From: Macrostomum lignano
Lineage: Eukaryota
Direction of reading: 5' to 3'
Assembly: GCA_002269645.1 (NCBI GenBank)
Contig: NIVC01002580.1
Coordinates: 1-64,000 of the forward strand
DNA length: 64,000 nt
Each line of letters starts with the position of its first letter. Position 1 is the stretch's first letter. The notes beneath the pieces are model-generated. The model saw only the letters and a list, made by a program, of their open reading frames with translations, searched no databases and was not told the DNA's origin. Below are positions 56,443-64,000 of the stretch, one piece after another. The translations under genes and the position numbers were made by a program.

Positions 56443-57714
56443 ATGGATCCACAGAGAGGTGCATTATCGACTCAAAATATTAACAATAACTCTCATCTAA
56501 TTCAACATCCTACAATCGGCAAACGACCGTCTCGTTTCAAGCCGGTTCGATTCCAGGAATATCGAATGCAATGGGGCGGCTGCTCCAGTTTGTCCTCGAT
56601 GGCCATCTCTGTTAGCGACGTGTACGTCCTCGATCCTGAATGTCCAGCACTAGCAGCGGCTGCGGCAGCCACCAAACTCGACGATGTCGACATCGACAAT
56701 CGAAGTAGAATGGCGAGAAACTCGTCACGCCTTCCCAGCGACGCAGAACTCGCCGCTAAAGTGGAGGCCGCAGCCGCCAACGCCGCTGCCAACTGCGGCT
56801 GTCGTCGGAGATTCTGTGGTGACGCCGCTGCGCACCACCAGCGGCATTGGTCAGAAGACGACTGCGACCTGCCCGGTGACAACTATGGCGTTGGCGACGT
56901 TGTTTGGACGCTGCAACCATCGTCTAGTTTTGTCCACGAGACTCGATGCCCGAGACGCTCGACCGCTCGGTTCGGTGCACATAATCAAAAGCGGCAGCTC
57001 CAGCGAATGCGTCAGCAGCAGCTTCGCTCAGGCTGGGCGAGTCAGACGAGGCCGCTTATGCTGCAGACGGAGTCGCGACCAAGGGCTAATTCGGCGTTTT
57101 CAACTGTAGAGACCAGAGCCGGGACATCAAAGCCACCGCCGTCGAGTCCATCTGGGTTGCCGTCACCTCATCTTCAGTCGGAGCTGCCTGCCCCGCCGCC
57201 AGCCCTGGAACCAACGCCGCCAGCACCGCCGCCGCCACCGCCGCCACCGCCACCGCCACCTTCAGACTTGCCGGCTTTGAAAACAGTATCGTCAACGACA
57301 ACTGCCACGACGACGGCTTCGATAACTTCGCCCACTAATTCAGACGAGCCGTCCTCCACGTCTGGTGTTGGCAGCGCGGAGTCGTGCGCCGAGTCCTGCG
57401 TAGCCACTGTGGCTCAAGTGCTGCAGGACGCCCTGTTGGCTGCGGTTCGCGCCGAGACGGAGCCACTGGAGCGTCAGCTAGCCGAGAAAGACGCCGAAGT
57501 GCGCCATTTGCGTCAGGAGTTGCAGGACCGGGACGCCCGTCTGCGACGACTCAACCGGCTGCTAACCTGTCGACGAATGCTAATGCTAGATGATATCCAG
57601 CAGCATCAGCAGCTGGAAGGCGGGGGCGGTACGGGGCGGTCAGCAGGCAGCAAAAACGGCCGCGGTCGCGTGTCGAACAGCGCCTCGACATCTGCGCTTT
57701 CGTCTTTGCTATAA
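56443..57714 (+). CDS. Intronless hypothetical protein, poly-Ala/poly-Pro low complexity with a C-terminal coiled coil (true start may be a downstream ATG)
   Basis: 423-codon non-repetitive ORF, GC-rich between AT-rich flanks, in the same style as the CEP290 exons. PPPPPPPPPPP tract and heptad segment LERQLAEKDAEVRHLRQELQDRDARLRRLNRLL. No family recognised. Confidence 0.55.
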   Translation: MDPQRGALSTQNINNNSHLIQHPTIGKRPSRFKPVRFQEYRMQWGGCSSLSSMAISVSDVYVLDPECPALAAAAAATKLDDVDIDNRSRMARNSSRLPSDAELAAKVEAAAANAAANCGCRRRFCGDAAAHHQRHWSEDDCDLPGDNYGVGDVVWTLQPSSSFVHETRCPRRSTARFGAHNQKRQLQRMRQQQLRSGWASQTRPLMLQTESRPRANSAFSTVETRAGTSKPPPSSPSGLPSPHLQSELPAPPPALEPTPPAPPPPPPPPPPPPSDLPALKTVSSTTTATTTASITSPTNSDEPSSTSGVGSAESCAESCVATVAQVLQDALLAAVRAETEPLERQLAEKDAEVRHLRQELQDRDARLRRLNRLLTCRRMLMLDDIQQHQQLEGGGGTGRSAGSKNGRGRVSNSASTSALSSLL

Positions 57715-59180
57715 TATTTATTTTATTATAATCAAATTTGCGGGATTCACGCGGGATTCACGCGGAGTGTCGACTAAAATACAAGTTTTAATTGCCCCTG
57801 CTTGTCATTAAATTCCTCGTCTTCGCTTTATCACTCCATCCTACTTTCTATTTGGAATATGTTATTTTGTATTATCAAATTGTAATAATACAAGTCCGTT
57901 TATAATGATTGCATGAAAAAAGTAGTTTTTGGATAAATCATCTTGCTTTTTTAAAAAGTTTACATGCATCGTTCATGAGCAATCGTGGTTTGGAAAGATA
58001 TTTCCAAGAGGTGCTTCATCATCTTTTGTATGAATTTAAAATATACATCTGCGACTGAAATAAATCGTTTATAAGTTTACCAGCCAATATGCCAATTCAT
58101 AGTGGTGTCTGCAACAAAAAAGGATTTCTAAATATTCTTTAATTTTCACGCACTTTTCAGGTACATGTACAATTTACATGTAACACATACAAAGTATGTA
58201 CATATACATTTGTATTCTAGTTGGATTCATTTTAAAAACCATTGCATTTTCATTTTTTAATTAACTGGCTTTACACAGCACCCAATAAATATTTATGCGA
58301 TGATTCTACCTAGGATACGGCCAGAATTCAAGATCAATACATGTACATGTAAATAACATTACTGTGATTTTTAAATGATAGGCCTATAGTACTAAGGAGT
58401 ACTCGTAAATGTGCATAACTGGATTCACTTATAAAGTAAAAAGCGATGCTTTTTAATTCGTAGCAAATTATTTAATATTTGTATTTTATGCAATGATTTT
58501 TAATAGTAAATTTGGGATGAACACACGAGCGAGTTTCTGCGGCAGTAAACGAAAACGAAAATACAACGAGTAAAACAAACTACAAGCGTGTTTTTTTACA
58601 AAAAAGTTATTAAAGCTATTTTCTACAACCTAATAGCAGAAGCTATTTTATGCTAAATAATAAATAGTACATGCTTGAATCTATAATAATATAGTGTCAA
58701 TTGTATATGCTTATGAAACTGATTTTCAACATTCATTTTTTTTCGTTTTCTGTGTGCCGTACTACTACTTGAAGCCGTAAACTTGAAGTCGTGAAAAGCT
58801 ATTTTAGGATTGCAAAATGAAACTCAGTTGTTATTAACTGGCCTAAAAACGTTATCCTAAATAAATGTTAATATATATACATTTTGTAAATTTAAAGATT
58901 TTATTCACCAACTGTATCACTAACAAACGTATTCTCATTCTCATACATTTGTTTAACTGGAAGTAATCTATTTGGAAAAAAACGCTGTAAGTCCATTTAA
59001 AAAGCGAGAAAGTAAGGCTTGCCTTTAATCGTAATCACGAGTAGAAGTGTAGTTACTGTGTTTTTTTTACTGTATTAACATAGAGTATAGTTTTTGCTGT
59101 ATAGTAGCTAGCATTCATTAATTTTCGAAACTGCTTTATTTTGCTTCAGCTTGTATATACTTTAGTAATTGAACACAGCC

Positions 59181-60003
59181 ATGGCGACACTAGAAGATCT
59201 GCGAAAAATCGATCCGTGCAGGGTGTCAGCAGAGAACGTGAAATCCATAGTAGAGCGAATCAGTGATGTAAGGGACTATAACTGCACCAAAAAATCTTAA
59301 TTTCTCTCTCGATATTAAAATGTTTTTAAAACTTAAATCGGGCCTGGCAATTTCAGTTCGACCCCGGCTACATGGACGTCGACGGCGAGGCCGAGATGGT
59401 GCTGAACCTCTACGACGCCATCATTGACGCACAAAAGACGGCGCATGAGCGTTTGGAGAAAAAATGAGGGATCTGGAGACGACACTTCATGATTTGGAGA
59501 AGGAGAATCAGTGCCTGCTGCGGTCGGCAAGTGATCGAGGATTGGACGCTGACAAGGAGCTCGAGCTGCGTAACGAGAATAAGAGGCTCAGCAAAGAGGT
59601 TGAATACTTGCTGAACGAAATCCGAAATAAAGAGATGACCGTTAGCAAGGTTTGTTTTGATGATGCGGTGCGATTTTAAACAAAACAATAAAAGGGTTAA
59701 AAATGACTTGATATGCCTTCAGTGTGCATGCTTACAAGGCAGTCGACATTTACTCTACATGTATAATGCATTAGGGTATTAATTGCAGTGACAATTGGGT
59801 ATCAGAAAAACCAAGAATGTAAAATAAAAACTTGTAGCAGTCTATTGTCGTAGTAGTGCAGGTTCAGCAGCTTAAAGATGAAATCGCTATACTTCGCCGA
59901 GACAACAACGAACTACATGTACAGTAGCTAGCTAGCTAGTGAACGAAAAGGTGGAAAAGTGGCGCAAACACCTCGCTGACAAGGACGCCGAGTTGTCCGA
60001 AGC
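59181..60003 (+). pseudogene. CEP290: Partial diverged CEP290 duplicate (exon 1, exon 2 and a fragment of exon 4), frameshifted as sequenced
   Basis: Exon 1 at 59181-59267 (MATLEDLRKIDPCRVSAENVKSIVERISD, 20/29 identical to the parent). Exon 2 at 59357-59649 is 293 nt versus 294, with 1 nt missing in an A6 run giving TGA. Both introns are in the same positions as the parent. 59859-60003 matches parent exon 4 (QVQQLKDEIAILRRD...NEKVEKWRKHLADKDAEL) interrupted by TAG/(GCTA)n. No exon 3 homologue was seen. Confidence 0.85.
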
Positions 60004-60494
60004 TTCACCCAGGTCCATTCGCGTTTGGGGGAATAGTATTGATTGATACGCTCGTTTTTATAGATGTACATGTGTTATATACAAATCGGATATACATGTG
60101 CAATGCGCAATCCTAACTTATGATACATATATATCCGAGGCATACAAGGACCTCCATACAATATACAGTTTAAGGACTTTCTCGTCTTGTTAATGCGCGC
60201 CAACGAAATTTTTAGAGCTATTAGTTGACGTTTTTGAACCTGAAAATGCAGTTTTGAGACCGACGGTTAATCTAATTAATCATGTTTCTATCAGCAGGGG
60301 TGTTGAATCTATTGATACTTTTACTGTAAACTGTACGTACATCAAGGTAGATTTATTTCTGATCTATTTTCTCTATCATGTGGATATTGGTTGAGTCGGT
60401 AGTTCGATCGCTGCCACCAGGTTCCTGAGGTTCCCTAATCCCTAGTATAAGAGGTTAACGAACTGAGACAGGAATCCGAAGAGATGTATATATT

Positions 60495-60918
60495 CTAGAG
60501 GGGGTGCTTTCACAAGGTCGAAATTTCACAACATCGAAAACTCTAGCAAGAGACTTCAAGGTCGAAATTTCATAACATCGAAAGCTCAAATAGCAGGCAC
60601 TTTCACAAGGTCGAAACTTCATGGGCTCGAAATTTCAAAACGTCACGTTATTTGCACGGTACCGTGAGTACTACTGAAAACCATGCAGTAGTTTTCTACG
60701 TTGTGAAATTTCGACCTTATGAAGTCTCTTGCTAAAGTTTTTGATGTTGTGAAATTTCGACCTTGGGAAGTTTCGACCTTATGAAGTTTCGACCTTGTAA
60801 AAGTGGCTACTGTTTGAGTTTTCGATGTTATGAAACTTCGACCTTATGAAATTTCGACCTTGTGAAAGAAGTGCTTTTGACGTTGTGAAATTTCGAGTTT
60901 GTGAAACCCCCCTTCTAG
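60495..60918. mobile_element. Fold-back MITE-like element
   Basis: Ends CTAGAGGGGGTGCTTTCACAA / TTGTGAAACCCCCCTTCTAG. Multiple AAGGTCGAAA(T/C)TTCA motifs in the left arm and their reverse complements in the right arm. Confidence 0.7.
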
Positions 60919-61808
60919 AGACGCAAAACAAATAGAAGAAGCATGCAATAGGTTTTACAAGTATTATTCACTCCTATGTGTGAGGTATAGTAATTCAAGC
61001 ATTGACTGCCTTTTGCACTGTTACGGACATATGAGCTAGACTTGACGTAACCCGGGCTGCATGAAAACACCTTTGCGACCCCTGGGCTCTGGCGCTGAAA
61101 GGAAATTAAGATCCCATTATCTAGACAGCGGCCGCCCGGGTTGTTCGAAGGTTCACGCCAGAGGCGCGGCCTCCACCAGTCACCTGTGCAGGAGTACACC
61201 CGGTAAAAACTCCCGCTAACGAGACGGGAGTCCCGGTCTGTAACAGACGAAGGTTCTTGACCCCAACTGTACTAGAAATGGCCGATTAAGAGACTATGCG
61301 AGGCATACAAGGACAGTCTAGTCAGGGCTGGAAGCAAGGACTTTTAGCTGGTTAGCGGTTTTAGACTACAATTCCGTCCTAAGCCCCAGGATTCAGAGGC
61401 TTATCCAGAATAATAAATAACGCCATCATAAATTATTTCCTCCTAGATGGATTCGATGCAGCAGGGGATGCGGAAGTGCGGGTCCCAGGGCTCTCTCAGG
61501 GTGCACATCCTACGGGGACTTATTTAGAAGCATTGTTACTTCTTTGGTCATTTTGTTAAATTCGGCTCATACTCGGTGATCCTCCACTCTGATCCTCAGC
61601 TTCTATTTCATGCCCTGGGACAGGCGCACTCACTACTCACGCTTCATACCAGATCTCATTGTTAATAAGTAAACAGACGGAAGCAAACGAAATTGAATAG
61701 CTAATGTCCTGAATTACTGGCCCTAAACTTGGCCTCATAAGTTAGATTGAAAAATAAGGAGATGATGAGCAGTCCAGACGGGACGCGTCAGGGAGGTTAA
61801 AGCCAAGG

Positions 61809-62356
61809 GAAGTTACAGCTCAGCACGGTGGTTACAGCTCAGCACGGTGGTTACAGCTCAGCACGGTGGTTACAGCTCAGCACGGTGGTTACAGCTCAGC
61901 ACGGTGGTTACAGCTCAGCACGGTGGTTACAGCTCAGCACGGTGGTTACAGCTCAGCACGGTGGTTACAGCTCAGCACGGTGGTTACAGCTCAGCACGGT
62001 GGTTACAGCTCAGCACGGTGGTTACAGCTCAGCACGGTGGTTACAGCTCAGCACGGTGGTTACAGCTCAGCACGGTGGTTACAGCTCAGCACGGTGGTTA
62101 CAGCTCAGCACGGTGGTTACAGCTCAGCACGGTGGTTACAGCTAGCTCAGCACGGTGGTTACAGCTAGCTCAGCACGGTGGTTACAGCTCAGCACGGTGG
62201 TTACAGCTAGCTCAGCACGGTGGTTACAGCTAGCTCAGCACGGTGGTTACAGCTCAGCACGGTGGTTACAGCTAGCTCAGCATGGTTACAGCTCAGCACG
62301 GTGGTTACAGCTCAGCACGGTGGTTACAGCTCAGCACGGTGGTTACAGCTCAGCAC
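61809..62356. repeat. 19-bp minisatellite with 23-bp (+GCTA) variants
   Basis: Unit GTTACAGCTCAGCACGGTG. Confidence 0.97.
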
Positions 62357-62504
62357 AGAAAAGGGAGAGTGGTCCAAAACTCCGAAGAGTCCGTAAGTTT
62401 ACGGGAAACCGGTAAAACGCTCTGGGCTAGGTTGAAGGTCTGGGAGCGTGGAAAGTGGAGTGAAAACGCCCAAAGTTAGATGCTCAGGGCTCAAAAACAG
62501 TCTC

Positions 62505-62646
62505 TTATTTATAGCTCGTAGCCCTGAGATCACGCGTCACTCGATCACGAAAGCGTGATGCGTGATATTGAAGGCCGTGACTTGTCCTTTAGCTCCGTTA
62601 CCAAGCAACCCTGATGAAGTCACACGTCAGCCGCGCTGCGATTGGA
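62505..62646 (-). promoter_or_regulatory. Cluster of Pol II promoter-like motifs (CCAAT, RFX X-box-like, TATA)
   Basis: On the minus strand: CCAAT (62641-62645), GTTGCTTGGTAAC (62597-62609, fits GTNRCC-N-RGYAAC on the plus strand), then CTATAAATAA near 62507-62516. Motif match only. Confidence 0.25.
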
Positions 62647-63154
62647 CGAGAAATTGGGGTGGGGCACAGCGTAGAAAAAAGATTAATGATGTGGGATCGC
62701 GTACCAGGCAGGAAAAAGTTTGGGGAGATAGGGGGTCGTAAAACTGTCATATGCATGAATTATTTCAAACATGAAAATAGAAAGCTCGTCTGGTTGGTGC
62801 GCGAGGGGGGTGGGCGATTCATCGCAATGAGTCATCATGGGGCGCGGGATCATCACAGAAAGAATTAAGGAGGCGGTGCGCAAAAATTTGTGCATTGGGG
62901 CCCAGGACGTGCCTACATCAGACTACTACCTATCTGTAGCATTTTTACGTATTCCTAACTCCCAGCTTATTCCCAGTCCTTAAACTATCCTATTTGGGTT
63001 TTATGTCTTCGAAGTCAAAACTGACACGTGACACACTGCCTCCAGACTGGGCCGAGACCTTTTCTTCCCGAGCTTCAATCAAACTGCTCGATACATACGC
63101 TCATAATTAAAGGCACTCCCCAACAAAAACAACAACAAAAATATTCAGTCAGCG

Positions 63155-63424
63155 TCACAGGGTGCGCCTGCCTGGTCGGGTACGAACGCCACGCGCCTGC
63201 AGCGTCAGCAGCAGCACCTCATCTTGCACCGGCTGTGGGCAGTACGTCTCGGCGCGGATGATGTGGCCCGCCAGCTGCATGCAGTCGCCGACGTCGCAAC
63301 CAGGTCTCTTGGACGGAAGGCCGGTGAGGTGATACAAAGCCGCGCTGGTCACTCATTCGTAGCTGATCTTGAAGGCGGCGCGCAGCAGGCCAGTGTGCGT
63401 CGCGTCGTAAACTTGTTGCTGGTC
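63155..63424 (-). mobile_element. Degraded 3' coding fragment of a non-LTR retrotransposon (RTE-like, region downstream of RT)
   Basis: Translation DATHTGLLRAAFKISYE*VTSAALY...MQLAGHIIR...VLLLTLQ...RPGR resembles the LLR..L.ISW...VTN..LY...RRLQLAGH..R.....VLLW...G.R.RGRP pattern of LINE C-termini. It contains an in-frame stop. Confidence 0.55.
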
Positions 63425-64000
63425 AAACATGTCACATGTTTACGCGTAGTTAGCTAGGTCTTTGCATGACATATATGTATAACAGCTTTAGAGGGTTACA
63501 GTTGATAGGATGCCAAAATTCCAGAGTTTTATGATTCCTGTATTTTGCAGTCTCGTAGTTTTGTAAAATCTCGCAAAAAGTGTTAAATCACTGATGCTGG
63601 TAATTAATTTGCGACATTTTATTTAATTTGCAGAAGCGACAACTGGTAGTAGACCCTTCAGCAGCATCTCAGCAACTCTCTCCAAGCCTGGGGATCTCGG
63701 CAGGCGGAGTCTACTATCTCTAAAGATTTTTTATAACCAGATAGGTAGATTCGCAAAATCATTTTTCTGTCATGACTTTAGTCATGCACTTTTCTTTTTT
63801 GTGAGTGAGCACTTATTTGTAATGCTAACAAAAAACACTATTCATTTTAGTATTTTGCTTATCAAAGTGATACGCTACAAATCTCACTACTTTTTAGCAC
63901 ACAATTGGACTACTCTAGGCTGTAAAGAAAACGTTTTGTTATAATACGCAAACATTTTTATTTGGGTAAATTTAAATTTTCCGCCGACTGAGAAGAAAAC

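Noticed and set aside
61239-62918. Solo LTR bounded by TGTAAC...CCTACA
   Set aside because: The flanks (CGGTC versus TCAGA) are not a target-site duplication, and no PBS or PPT was found.

Overview
Eukaryotic (metazoan) genomic DNA: GT-AG spliced genes with GC-rich exons in AT-rich, repeat-laden introns. The codon style, long (CTGT)n tracts and LINE remnant resemble a Macrostomum-type flatworm; this is inference only. Contents: (1) a compact 14-exon CEP290 gene on the minus strand (10571->1230, about 2327 aa by my exon joining). (2) A long minus-strand stomatin/MEC-2-like (SPFH/band 7) gene with a confident core at 30381->15274 and phase-compatible candidate 5' exons up to 49439. It carries two tandem copies of one 56-nt internal exon that can only be used one at a time. 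(3) A diverged, disrupted second copy of the CEP290 5' end on the plus strand (59181-60003). (4) An intronless, proline-rich coiled-coil ORF (56443-57714). (5) Mobile DNA: an internally deleted piggyBac, two inverted tRNA-derived CORE-type SINEs, a hAT/Charlie-type MITE, a fold-back MITE, a LINE remnant and a possible LTR. (6) About 20 different micro/minisatellite arrays (4-43 bp units), some forming reverse-complementary pairs. No CRISPR array, rRNA or functional tRNA was seen. All coordinates were read by hand; no alignment or database search was run.
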